Assembly: GCA_050290185.1 (NCBI GenBank) | Contig: JBNKHE010000001.1 | Coordinates: 450,713-514,712 of the forward strand | DNA from: Pontiella sp. | GTDB lineage: Bacteria > Verrucomicrobiota > Kiritimatiellia > Kiritimatiellales > Pontiellaceae | Direction: 5' to 3' | DNA: 64,000 bases | Part shown: in pieces, positions 27,602 to 36,974 of the stretch | Layout: each line of letters opens with the position of its first letter | Position numbering within the stretch: position 1 is the first letter of the stretch | The notes under the pieces: model-generated | What the model was told of the DNA's origin: nothing | The model's input: the letters and a program-made list of their open reading frames with translations, nothing else | Databases searched by the model: none | Made by a program: the position numbers and the translations under genes

Positions 27602-29115
27602 GCGCGCGCTGCATCGCATTGCTCGGCACCGGCTCCGACGTCGGCAAAAGCGTCGTGGTCGCCGCGCTCTGCCGCATCTTCAAAAACCGCGGCATCTCCG
27701 TGGCGCCCTACAAGGCCCAGAACATGTCGAACAACTCCTACGTCACCCTCGAAGGCGGAGAAATGGGACGGGCGCAAGTGGTGCAGGCCGAAGCCTGCGG
27801 CCTCGAACCGCATACCGACATGAACCCCGTTTTGCTCAAACCCAACACCGATCTCGGCGCGCAGGTGGTCTTGCACGGACACGCCATCGGCAACGCCCTG
27901 GCCGCAGACTATTTCAAGGATACGCGCCATCTGTTCAACAAGGCCAACGAGAGCCTCGCCCGACTCAAGGAAAAATATGAGCTGGTGGTCATCGAGGGTG
28001 CCGGTTCCTGCGCCGAGGTCAATCTGCGCTCCCGCGACTTCGTCAACTTCGAGACCGCCCATGCCGCCGACGCCCCCGTCGTCATCATTGCCGACATCGA
28101 CCGCGGCGGGGTATTCGCCCAGATTGTCGGAACCTTGGAAATCATCCCTGAAAAGGACCGGGCCCGCGTGGCCGGCTTCATCATCAACAAGTTCCGGGGC
28201 GATGCCGCGCTGTTCGACGACGGCATCCAATATCTGGAGGAAAAGACCGGCCTGCCGATGCTCGGCCTGATCCCCTACTACCGCCATATCGAGATCGACC
28301 CCGAAGACGGAATGCCGCTTGAAACCGTCATCGACCCGCCCACACGACCGTTGCCGGGAAAGATCAATGTCGCCGCCATTCGTCTGCCGCACATCTCGAA
28401 CTTCACCGACTTCAACCCGTTGATCCGCAACGAACGGGTCTCCTTCCACTATCTATCGAAATCCCGTTCGCTCGACGGCTACGACGCGCTGATGCTCCCC
28501 GGAACCAAGAACGTCCGCTTCGACCTCCAATGGCTCAAGGACACCGGATGGGAAAACCCGATCCGCGAATTCTCCGAAAGCGGCGGCCACGTGCTTGGCA
28601 TTTGCGGCGGCTACCAGATGCTGGGCCGCCAGGTGCACGATCCGCACGGCATCGAAGGCGAGCCCGGAACCACGGACGGCTTTGGACTACTTGACATCCA
28701 AACCACGCTCAAAAAAGAAAAGGTGCTCTCCCGCTCGCAGGGAATCCTTGCCGGCGGAATACGCATCGATGGCTACGAAATCCACATGGGAAAAACCGCG
28801 CTGGGCGGCGATGCCGCGCCCATGGTCTTCGTGCAATCCCGGAACCGGCACCCCGTCGAGGATACCGACGGAGCGGTTTCCCCCGACGGAAGAATCAAGG
28901 GTTCCTATTTCCACGGCCTGTTTGATTTTCCCGAATTCCGCAACCACTACCTGAAACGGCTCAATCCCGATTATCCGGCCGAAGAAGCGCAAGCCGCCGC
29001 CGACTTCAAGCAATCCCAATACGACCTGCTCGCCGAACATTTCGAGCAGCACCTCGACATGGATAGACTCCTGTCGATCACCTTCGCTAAAAATCAATCC
29101 CCTTGCGGGCTTTGA
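27598..29115 (+). CDS. cobQ: Cobyric acid synthase
   Basis: GTGSDVGKS, KAQNMSNNS, MNPVLLKP, EGAGS, DIDRGG, SNFTDF, GICGGYQMLG, GYEIH. Confidence 0.95.
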   Translation: MSARCIALLGTGSDVGKSVVVAALCRIFKNRGISVAPYKAQNMSNNSYVTLEGGEMGRAQVVQAEACGLEPHTDMNPVLLKPNTDLGAQVVLHGHAIGNALAADYFKDTRHLFNKANESLARLKEKYELVVIEGAGSCAEVNLRSRDFVNFETAHAADAPVVIIADIDRGGVFAQIVGTLEIIPEKDRARVAGFIINKFRGDAALFDDGIQYLEEKTGLPMLGLIPYYRHIEIDPEDGMPLETVIDPPTRPLPGKINVAAIRLPHISNFTDFNPLIRNERVSFHYLSKSRSLDGYDALMLPGTKNVRFDLQWLKDTGWENPIREFSESGGHVLGICGGYQMLGRQVHDPHGIEGEPGTTDGFGLLDIQTTLKKEKVLSRSQGILAGGIRIDGYEIHMGKTALGGDAAPMVFVQSRNRHPVEDTDGAVSPDGRIKGSYFHGLFDFPEFRNHYLKRLNPDYPAEEAQAAADFKQSQYDLLAEHFEQHLDMDRLLSITFAKNQSPCGL

Positions 29116-29698
29116 TACCGGCCTCGTAGGCGTGCTTGACGCTGTTGATTTCCGCAACGGTGTCCGCCAACTCGCGGATCGCATTGCCCCCACCGCGCCC
29201 CGTAACAACAACGGTCTGCTCGCGCGGTCGGTTGCGAATGGCTTCGAGCACCATCTCTTCGTCGAGGTATTTGTAGCCCAGCATGTAGGTCAGCTCATCG
29301 AGCACGACCAGATGCAGGCTTTCGTCCTTGAGCAACCGTTCAGCAAAGGCCCAGGTCTTTTCGGCCGCGGCCATATCGCCCGCGCGGTCCTGCGTATCCC
29401 AGGTAAAGCCCGTTCCCATTTGGTAGAACGGCAGGTCGGGATAGTTTTCGCGGATGAACAATTCCTCCCCGCTCAGCTGCTTTCCCTTGATAAACTGCAC
29501 GAGGCCAACCTTGTGGCCATAACCCAGGCAACGCATGATCATGCCGAAGGCCGAGGTCGTCTTGCCCTTCCCGTTCCCCGTGAGCAGAATCACGATGCCA
29601 CGCTCCTCCGTGGCCATCGCGATTTGACTATCCACCCGCTCCTTCTGGTGTGCCATTTCGAATTTGTGCTTCAACTGCGCCCGTCTTTGCTCGTCCAT
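29087..29698 (-). CDS. cobO: Cob(I)alamin adenosyltransferase
   Basis: TGNGKGKTTSAFG, QFIKG, GFTW, LDEL, TGR, KH, GIDF. Confidence 0.93.
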   Translation of the reverse strand: MDEQRRAQLKHKFEMAHQKERVDSQIAMATEERGIVILLTGNGKGKTTSAFGMIMRCLGYGHKVGLVQFIKGKQLSGEELFIRENYPDLPFYQMGTGFTWDTQDRAGDMAAAEKTWAFAERLLKDESLHLVVLDELTYMLGYKYLDEEMVLEAIRNRPREQTVVVTGRGGGNAIRELADTVAEINSVKHAYEAGIKARKGIDF

Positions 29699-29777
29699 GA
29701 AAATCCTCCATATAATATAGCCAAAACTATGTCACAAACCGAATTGTCGGAACAATCCAATCCGTTAGAATGCGCCC

Positions 29778-30572
29778 ATGAATTCCATTGAAGAAAAAGA
29801 ACAGACCTTGCTCGAAGAGCTCAAATCCTACGGCGCCTTGGCCGTCGCCTATTCCGGAGGGGTCGACTCCACCTATCTGGCTGACTGCGCGCACGAGATG
29901 CTGGGCCACAACGCCATGATGGTGATTGCCGATTCCCCATCGATTCCCCGCGAAGAGCTGCAGGCGGCCATCGATATGGCCACTGCTCGCGGCTGGAACC
30001 TGCGTATTATAAAAACCAGCGAACACCTCAACGACGAATATCTTCAAAACAAGGGTGACCGGTGCTTCCATTGCAAAAACGAGCTGTTCACCAGAATGGA
30101 GGACATCCTTTCTGAATTCGACGACAATATCGTACTCGCACATGGCGCCATCGAGGACGACAAGGGCGACATCCGCCCCGGCACACAGGCTGCCGCCAAC
30201 CATTGCGTTGTCGCCCCGCTGCAAAATGCGGAACTCTACAAAAAGGACATCCGCATACTCAGTGAACGGCGCGGCCTGCCCACCGCCCGCAAGGCCTCCT
30301 TCGCCTGCCTCGGCTCGCGCTTCCCCACAGGAACCCCCATCGACCTCGAATCCATGACCCGGATCGAAAAGGCCGAAGCCATTTTGCGCGCCCGCGGCTA
30401 CCGCCAATACCGCGTCCGCCACCACGGCGACCTCTGCCGCATCGAGATCGATCCGATCGATTTCGACAAACTGATGCATGAGCGCACCGAAGTGGTCGAT
30501 GCCATCAAGAAAACCGGCTATCGGTTTGTCACCCTCGACCTCACCGGCTACACGATGGGATCGAGCGCGTAA
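29778..30572 (+). CDS. larE: ATP-dependent sacrificial sulfur transferase, LarE family
   Basis: AYSGGVDS PP-loop, RCFHCK, DIRPG, ACLGSR, RVRHHG, FVTLDL.GY.MGS. Confidence 0.85.
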   Translation: MNSIEEKEQTLLEELKSYGALAVAYSGGVDSTYLADCAHEMLGHNAMMVIADSPSIPREELQAAIDMATARGWNLRIIKTSEHLNDEYLQNKGDRCFHCKNELFTRMEDILSEFDDNIVLAHGAIEDDKGDIRPGTQAAANHCVVAPLQNAELYKKDIRILSERRGLPTARKASFACLGSRFPTGTPIDLESMTRIEKAEAILRARGYRQYRVRHHGDLCRIEIDPIDFDKLMHERTEVVDAIKKTGYRFVTLDLTGYTMGSSA

Positions 30573-30582
30573 TATAATTTGA

Positions 30583-30653
30583 ACCACCCGCTGCACTAGA
30601 GGCACCAAGGTTCACAGAGACTTTTCCTCCGTGCCCCTCAGTGACCTCCGTGG
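30583..30653. repeat. Bulged palindromic repeat, family A copy 2
   Basis: accac[ccgctgcact]agaggcaccaaggttcacagag..cctccgtgcccctcagtgacctccgtgg. Confidence 0.7.
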
Positions 30654-30680
30654 AGAAAAATAAAATTAAAGGAGAAAAAA

Positions 30681-31025
30681 ATGAGCGATTTACCCAACTG
30701 CCCGAAATGCGAATCCGAATACTGCTATGAAAACCAGGATATGCTGGCCTGCCCCGATTGCGGCCACGAATGGAACCCGGCCGATGAAACCGCCGCATCG
30801 GAAGATGAGGGTCTGGTGGTCAAGGATGCTGTCGGCAATGTACTGAAGGACGGCGACGACATCACCGTTATCAAAGACCTGAAGGTCAAAGGCGCATCGC
30901 AACCGCTCAAGGTCGGCACCAAGGTCAAGGGCATCCGCCTCGTCGAAGGCGACCACAACATTGACTGCAAGATTGCCGGTTTCGGCGCCATGAAGCTCAA
31001 GTCCGAGTTCGTCAAAAAGGCATAA
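30681..31025 (+). CDS. yjdM: Zinc-ribbon protein YjdM (PhnA-like)
   Basis: [38 protein letters not shown]. Confidence 0.92.
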   Translation: MSDLPNCPKCESEYCYENQDMLACPDCGHEWNPADETAASEDEGLVVKDAVGNVLKDGDDITVIKDLKVKGASQPLKVGTKVKGIRLVEGDHNIDCKIAGFGAMKLKSEFVKKA

Positions 31026-31034
31026 GCCAATTAT

Positions 31035-31109
31035 CACCACCCGTCCCGCTAGAGATCACAGAGTTACACAGAGCATATTACCTCCGTGTCCCTCTGTGTC
31101 CTCTGAGGT
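31035..31109. repeat. Bulged palindromic repeat, family A copy 3
   Basis: caccac[ccgtcccgct]agagatcacagagttacacagag..cctccgtgtccctctgtgtcctctgaggt. Confidence 0.7.
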
Positions 31110-31128
31110 AAAAAAACAGGTAGAGAAT

Positions 31129-31830
31129 ATGGCTTTTGAACTCCAAAGCATCGTGCCATGGGGCCCTTCGTTCGAAGAATACGTCGCCATGTTTGCACTT
31201 TCGGAACACGACCTGTCCAAGCGCATTCTCGGTTGCGGCGATGGACCGACCAGCTTCAATACCCATCTGACACAACGAGGGGGATGCGTGGTCTCCGTCG
31301 ATCCGTTGTATGCCCATAGCACGGAAGAAATCAGCAAGCGCATCGACGAAACCTTCCAGGAAGTTCTCCACCAAGCGCGCCTGAACCGGGACGAGTTTGT
31401 CTGGGACCGGATCACGAGTGTCGACGAGCTGGGCCAAATCCGGATGGCGTCGATGCGCGATTTCCTCGCCGACTACGAAACAGGAAAGGCGGAGAAACGG
31501 TATCTGCCGCAAGCGCTGCCCCGCTTGGATTTCCCGGATCGATCATTCGACCTGTGCATCTGTTCGCATTTCCTGTTCCTGTACAGCGACCAACTCGACC
31601 TCGCCTTTCATCTGGCGGCGATCAAAGAACTATGCCGTGTCTCGGAAGAAGTCAGGATATTCCCATTGCTGAAACTGGGAACGGAGCACTCCCCTCATGT
31701 AGAGCCGGTCTGCGAATACTTCACTGCCGCTGGATATGAGGTATCGAAAGTTCAGGTTTCGTACGAATTCCAGCGAGGCGGAGATAAAATGCTGCAACTC
31801 AGAACGTCCAAGGGAATTGATTCCGAGTAG
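31129..31830 (+). CDS. SAM-dependent methyltransferase
   Basis: ILGCGDGPTSF, SVDP, FDLCICSHFLFLY, EVRIFP. Confidence 0.85.
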   Translation: MAFELQSIVPWGPSFEEYVAMFALSEHDLSKRILGCGDGPTSFNTHLTQRGGCVVSVDPLYAHSTEEISKRIDETFQEVLHQARLNRDEFVWDRITSVDELGQIRMASMRDFLADYETGKAEKRYLPQALPRLDFPDRSFDLCICSHFLFLYSDQLDLAFHLAAIKELCRVSEEVRIFPLLKLGTEHSPHVEPVCEYFTAAGYEVSKVQVSYEFQRGGDKMLQLRTSKGIDSE

Positions 31831-31841
31831 CGAAACTGGAA

Positions 31842-32408
31842 CTATTCCTGCGTTTCACCTTCAGGAGCAGCGGCTTCAGTGGCATCAACTTCGGACGGCG
31901 CATTACGGGGTTTCCCGCCAAGCAGGACGACGACCTGCTCCTGCACTTGCTCGAGCTCATCGAGTTTGAGTTCAGGATCAACGACCATGAAGCTTTCGCC
32001 GGTTTTCTTGTGTTCGTAGACGCGTAGCTTGCGACCGTCTTCGGTGGTCTGGACATCGCGCTCGACAAGGATCTTCTTGCGTTCCAGCATGACGGTGAGG
32101 ATGAAAATGGCGTTGAGATCCTCCTCGTTTTCCTTGGCCATGAGCTTGCGGAGAAGGGATTCGGCGTTTTCCTTTTTAACGGCCTCCTCGGCGGGAGGCG
32201 GAGGAACAATGTAGAGGGTTTGCCACGAACTCAGGCCGGGGTCGTTCTTATCCCAGCATTCCTTGCAGAAATCCTCGCGGACATATTCGCCCTGTTCAAA
32301 GGAAAGGCGGGAAAAAATCGTTTCCTTGTCGGCAAATGCCTTTTCGCACTTGTCGCACACCTTGGAGCATTTCCGCACGCTCCAGTTTTCAATGTTTTCC
32401 CGTCCCAT
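31842..32408 (-). CDS. Hypothetical protein with two CxxC motifs
   Basis: CDKC..REDFCKECW, LERKKIL, host-like codon usage. Confidence 0.8.
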   Translation of the reverse strand: MGRENIENWSVRKCSKVCDKCEKAFADKETIFSRLSFEQGEYVREDFCKECWDKNDPGLSSWQTLYIVPPPPAEEAVKKENAESLLRKLMAKENEEDLNAIFILTVMLERKKILVERDVQTTEDGRKLRVYEHKKTGESFMVVDPELKLDELEQVQEQVVVLLGGKPRNAPSEVDATEAAAPEGETQE

Positions 32409-32496
32409 AATGAAATCCTTCAACGTAGAAGCGCTGCCCCCGCCGCTTATTGCCTTTGCACGGAAAACGCGATGAGGGCGTCGCGTCTACGATACC

Positions 32497-33063
32497 CTAT
32501 TCTTTTTCTTCCCGGTCCCAGATTGTATGGCGCTGCTGCCAAAAGTAGACCACGCCGGTCCAGGCGGTCAGCAAGGCCGTCCCAAATCCCAGCCACCAGG
32601 CAAATGCGGAGCGCGGAACAGGAAGCCATGACGTATCCCAGATCAGACCCATGAAATAGAGGCCGATGGCAACCATCTGTACCGTCGTCTTGACCTTACC
32701 CCACATACCGGCCGCCATGACAATCCCCTTCTCGATGATCAGCAAGCGCATGCCGGTTACCATAAACTCGCGCGCAATGATCAGGACCACCATCCATGCC
32801 CGCAGACTATCGAGTTCGACAAAGCCGATGAAGGCGGCGCAGACGAGCACCTTGTCGGCCAACGGATCCATCAGCTTCCCGAAGGAGGTGACACCGAAAA
32901 AGTTACGGGCCAGATAGCCGTCCAGTGCGTCGGTGATACTCGCGAGGATGAAAATGACCAGCGCAATGATCCGGGCATAGGGAAACTCGACACTCATGCA
33001 GATCATCATTACGGCCGTCATCCAGAATCGGCTTATGGTCAGATGGTTGGGGAGACTTTTCAT
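32497..33063 (-). CDS. pgsA: CDP-diacylglycerol--glycerol-3-phosphate phosphatidyltransferase
   Basis: LPNHLT, TDALDGYLAR, GKLMDPLADK, REF.VTGMR, GKVKT. Confidence 0.92.
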   Translation of the reverse strand: MKSLPNHLTISRFWMTAVMMICMSVEFPYARIIALVIFILASITDALDGYLARNFFGVTSFGKLMDPLADKVLVCAAFIGFVELDSLRAWMVVLIIAREFMVTGMRLLIIEKGIVMAAGMWGKVKTTVQMVAIGLYFMGLIWDTSWLPVPRSAFAWWLGFGTALLTAWTGVVYFWQQRHTIWDREEKE

Positions 33064-33078
33064 ACAATGATTCCGTCT

Positions 33079-33699
33079 TTATCGGTCGACTTCGATTTCG
33101 CCAGGCTTGACCAGATAGGCATCCGGAACCCCGTCGGTTATGGCTTCATACCGGACCGATGCGGTGCCACCGACCGCCGCGGGCTCCTCGGCATCATCCC
33201 CTGCGCACTGCTTCACGCTAAACACAATGATAGCCAGCAATACAACCCCCCCGGCGATGGAGAGGATGGTTTTGGACGAAATCCCGGAACCGGATAGACG
33301 GGCGATCGCTTCGTTTACATTGCTGAATATTGTTTGTCCCACACTCGGTGGAGTGGCCACCGCCGCCCCATTGGAATCCACCGAAACCTGATCCGCCTGA
33401 GCAATCTTCTGGCGCACATCATCGCTCAACTGGTTTTTTGATTTCGGGGCGTACTGGGCAACATATTCGTCGACCAGCGGTTGAGCCTCAATGCCGAGGT
33501 ATTGGGCGTACATCCGGATAAAACTCTTGGCATAAACCGGTGCCGATAGCGCACCAAAGTCGTCGGCCTCCATGGCTTCGATAAACTTGGACAGGATCTT
33601 GGTGGCCGTCCCCGCCTCGGAAACAGTTACGCCTTTCGTGCGGCGGGCTGATTCGAGCTTCTGCCCGATGGTTCCGATATTGAGATTAGCTTGCTCCAT
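33079..33699 (-). CDS. RodZ-like HTH membrane protein
   Basis: IGQKL..AR, IEAME.DDF, Y.KSFIRMYA.YLG, single TM. Confidence 0.85.
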   Translation of the reverse strand: MEQANLNIGTIGQKLESARRTKGVTVSEAGTATKILSKFIEAMEADDFGALSAPVYAKSFIRMYAQYLGIEAQPLVDEYVAQYAPKSKNQLSDDVRQKIAQADQVSVDSNGAAVATPPSVGQTIFSNVNEAIARLSGSGISSKTILSIAGGVVLLAIIVFSVKQCAGDDAEEPAAVGGTASVRYEAITDGVPDAYLVKPGEIEVDR

Positions 33700-33734
33700 G
33701 TTGACACTCCTTGTCAGTTGTTGTGTTCACAGGC

Positions 33735-36131
33735 TCAAGCCTCTCTTTCTTCGCTCGAGTCAACTGTTCCTGTGTTCTGGGGAATCTCCCCGTCAAGATC
33801 GATTAGAATTTCGCGCGGGCCTGCCCCATCAGGAGGCCCGATCACACCCCGTTCCTCCAGCAGATCCATCACGCGCGCAGCACGCGTGTAGCCGATCCGC
33901 AGGCGACGCTGCAACGAAGAAGTGGAGGCCCGTTTGGTCTGACGGATCACCTCCATTGCCTGCTCCAGAATTTCATCATCCTCGCCGCTATCCATCTCCG
34001 GCAAATCGGTGGTCGGCTTTTCAATCTTTTCGTGGATCTCGGTGATGAATTCAGGCTGGCTCTGTTCCTTGCAGAAGTTCGTTACGCGATTGATTTCATC
34101 ATCACTGGTGTAAACGCCCTGCAGGCGGATCAACTTATCAGTACCGGGCGGAAGGACCAGCATATCGCCCTTGCCGAGCAGCGTGTCGGCCCCCATGCGG
34201 TCCAGAATGGTGCGGCTATCTACTTTCTGCGATACCTTGAAGGCGATGCGTACGGGGAAGTTGGCCTTGATCGTACCTGTGATTACTTTCACATCCGGGC
34301 GTTGCGTGGCCAGAATCATGTGGATGCCGGCGGCACGCGATTTCGCGGCCAGACGTGCAATGCCGGCCTCGATCTCGGCCTGCGCCACGTGCATCAGATC
34401 GGCCAGCTCGTCGATCACAATAACGATGTAGGGAAGCTTGTCGGGAATCGTATTCTTTTTCGGCTCTGCCGAAGTGGTCTCATCGCCAAACAACTCGGTC
34501 TGCTTCTGGATGACCCGGGCATTGAAGCTCGGCAGGTCGCGCACACCAGCCTGATTAAACCACTTAAAGCGACGCTCCATTTCGTCGATCGCCCACCGCA
34601 ATCCAAGCGCCACCTTCTTCGCGTTGGTGATCACCGGCACCACAAGATGCGGCAGGTTATTGTAGGCGTGGAATTCGACGGTTTTGGGGTCGACGAGGAT
34701 CATGCGCAGATCGTCGGGCGAATGCTTCATGAGCAGGCCGGTCAAAATCGAGTTCATGCAGACCGATTTACCCGCGCCCGTAGCCCCGGCAATCAGCAAG
34801 TGCGGCATCTTGGTCAGGTCGTACATGATACTTTGGCCATTGACATCCTTACCCAACAGCAGAGGCAATGCATGTTTTCCCGACTGGAACGTGCGGCTCT
34901 CCACCATGTCACGGAAGAAAACGGAAGCCCGGGACGTATTCGGGATTTCCACTCCGCAGACCCCTTTGCCGGGAATGGGGGCTTGAATACGAATGCTTTC
35001 GGCATGCATTTTCAGCGCAAGATTGTCGGACAATGCCTTGATGCGTTCTACACGCACGCCGGAGGCGGGAAGGATCTCGTAGCATGTGACCACTGGACCC
35101 TGCTGTACCCCGGTTACCTTGGCTTCAACACCAAACTCTTCGAGAGCGTTCTGCAACACCTCTGCCGTGTTGGCAATTTCGTCGGCCGACATGCCCTTGC
35201 CCTGCGGAACAGAGGGGTCGAGCAGGTCCAGCGAAGGAAGCTTGTAGTCATCATGCCCGCCCGCGTCTACTGAAACAAAAGCAGCAGCTTCCGGCTCTTC
35301 GCCCTTGGCTTTCTCCGTCTTTGGTTTGGTGGCGGTAGCTTTCGGTTCGACCTCGGGTTCCGGCTTGGACTTGACCGGCTGCTCCGTCTTTTTCTGCTGC
35401 TCCGCGACCATTTTTCGAATATCGACTTGCGGAAGCTCCTGTGTCACCTCGGCCATGGCGGGCTCGGCCTTGGGTTTTGGCTTGCGGGGTGCACGTTTGC
35501 GCTTCGGCTTCGGCTTTTCGACCTTTTCCTCGAAAACCTCTTCCACCGATGGTTTTTCCATTTTGAGCGTTTTCGCCCATCCCCAAATCTGCTTTGCCAC
35601 ATCGACGATGTGAAGATCGAGCATGCGCATCAGCGCGATGAGCAACAGCGCGAAAAAAACGATTCCCGCCCCCGTATAACCAATCCAGTGGCCCAGCGAT
35701 CGTTGCGCCAGCATTTCACCCATCAGTCCGCCCGGCGTACCTATGTTCAAGCGCTGTACGGTCCCCATCCAGAACTGGGTATTCATATCCACCAGTCCAG
35801 CCAGACAGAACAGGCCGAGAATCAACCACAACAGCCGGGGATAGATTTTGCGGGACGACCAGATCACCGTGGAAATACCGACCCAAAGGATACTGAACGG
35901 AATGATAAATCCTGCGACGCCAAAATACATGAAGACCACATAGGCCATACGCGCGCCAAACAGCCCGATCCAGTTGCTTTCCCAATCAGGATTGCTGTTG
36001 AACAGCTCGATTTGCGACGGTTTGTAGGAAAGTATGCCCAACAGGAGCATCAGCCCCACCGTGCCCGTCAATATCCCCCCGATTTCGCGCCAACCCGAGC
36101 GAACGGGTTCCTCTGTACGTGTTTTTGCCAT
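33735..36131 (-). CDS. ftsK: DNA translocase FtsK
   Basis: N-terminal TMs, PHLLIAGATGAGKS, DELADLM, ATQRP, gamma domain LQRRLRIGY.RAAR. Confidence 0.95.
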   Translation of the reverse strand: MAKTRTEEPVRSGWREIGGILTGTVGLMLLLGILSYKPSQIELFNSNPDWESNWIGLFGARMAYVVFMYFGVAGFIIPFSILWVGISTVIWSSRKIYPRLLWLILGLFCLAGLVDMNTQFWMGTVQRLNIGTPGGLMGEMLAQRSLGHWIGYTGAGIVFFALLLIALMRMLDLHIVDVAKQIWGWAKTLKMEKPSVEEVFEEKVEKPKPKRKRAPRKPKPKAEPAMAEVTQELPQVDIRKMVAEQQKKTEQPVKSKPEPEVEPKATATKPKTEKAKGEEPEAAAFVSVDAGGHDDYKLPSLDLLDPSVPQGKGMSADEIANTAEVLQNALEEFGVEAKVTGVQQGPVVTCYEILPASGVRVERIKALSDNLALKMHAESIRIQAPIPGKGVCGVEIPNTSRASVFFRDMVESRTFQSGKHALPLLLGKDVNGQSIMYDLTKMPHLLIAGATGAGKSVCMNSILTGLLMKHSPDDLRMILVDPKTVEFHAYNNLPHLVVPVITNAKKVALGLRWAIDEMERRFKWFNQAGVRDLPSFNARVIQKQTELFGDETTSAEPKKNTIPDKLPYIVIVIDELADLMHVAQAEIEAGIARLAAKSRAAGIHMILATQRPDVKVITGTIKANFPVRIAFKVSQKVDSRTILDRMGADTLLGKGDMLVLPPGTDKLIRLQGVYTSDDEINRVTNFCKEQSQPEFITEIHEKIEKPTTDLPEMDSGEDDEILEQAMEVIRQTKRASTSSLQRRLRIGYTRAARVMDLLEERGVIGPPDGAGPREILIDLDGEIPQNTGTVDSSEEREA

Positions 36132-36211
36132 TGGAGGACTATAGAGGAAGCGGCCTTGCCAAATCAACTCAAGTAACCGTCAATGAACGCCTATATCACA
36201 ATAATAAAGGA

Positions 36212-36835
36212 TCAGCCCGAGACGCCCAGTTTTGAGCGATAAAAGGCCAGCTCGGCGATGGAAGCCTTGATGTCGAACAGGGCGTCGTGGGCATTGGCTG
36301 CCGGAATATCACCGCCGGCAAAATACCGGTTCAGGAGTTCGGTGCTTTCCTTATCAAACGGTTCGCCCCCAGCCCAATCCTGCCACTGGATTTTAATGGT
36401 GGATACATCAAGCAACCGGTAATGAAGACGGCTTGCAAAAAGCGGAAGAAAGCGGCGCATCAGATACCAGTCATTATGCACGCTGTTACCTGCTAGCACC
36501 GGGCGTTTTTCCATTTCATCGTACGGCGTCCCGCAATATTGGTCGAGCAGCGCGGCGATTTGGCGATCGGCCTCTTCAACCGAGACAGCCTGGCTCGAAC
36601 GGCATTGTTCAACCAAACCGGCCAGATTTTCGGCGACCCAGGGACTGACCTGCCCGCCCTCCTCCAATCGGATGCATAGATTCAGATCGGCTTTCGCCGG
36701 TGCGATGCGGTTAAGCTCCGTATCCGTTACGATAACCGCTACCTGCAAGAGACGGGCCTCTTCGAGGTTGAGCGAGGTGAACTCGGCATCAAACCATACA
36801 TAGGCCGATGTTTTATTTTGTACCTTATCTGTCAT
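36212..36835 (-). CDS. orn: Oligoribonuclease-like DEDDh exonuclease
   Basis: VWFDAEFTSL, LAGNSVHND, HYRLLDVSTIK, HDALFDI. Confidence 0.85.
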   Translation of the reverse strand: MTDKVQNKTSAYVWFDAEFTSLNLEEARLLQVAVIVTDTELNRIAPAKADLNLCIRLEEGGQVSPWVAENLAGLVEQCRSSQAVSVEEADRQIAALLDQYCGTPYDEMEKRPVLAGNSVHNDWYLMRRFLPLFASRLHYRLLDVSTIKIQWQDWAGGEPFDKESTELLNRYFAGGDIPAANAHDALFDIKASIAELAFYRSKLGVSG

Positions 36836-36901
36836 GGGAGCCCTTTATTCAAACGAGCCACAGATAAGCACAGATTTCAATGGATTGAAAACATGGGAAT
36901 G

Positions 36902-36931
36902 AAAAAAGGGATGGCACTCAACCATCCCTTT
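36902..36931 (-). terminator. Rho-independent terminator after ackA
   Basis: Minus strand aaagggatgg-ttgagtg-ccatcccttt followed by ttt. Confidence 0.8.
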
Positions 36932-36974
36932 ATCCGTTCACCCGAGTGGATCCGTGTTTGTACGCAATCCGATC

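Noticed and set aside
30583..31109. Repeats as a CRISPR array
   Set aside because: Copies are degenerate, about 70 bp long, separated by a whole gene; no regular spacers and no cas genes
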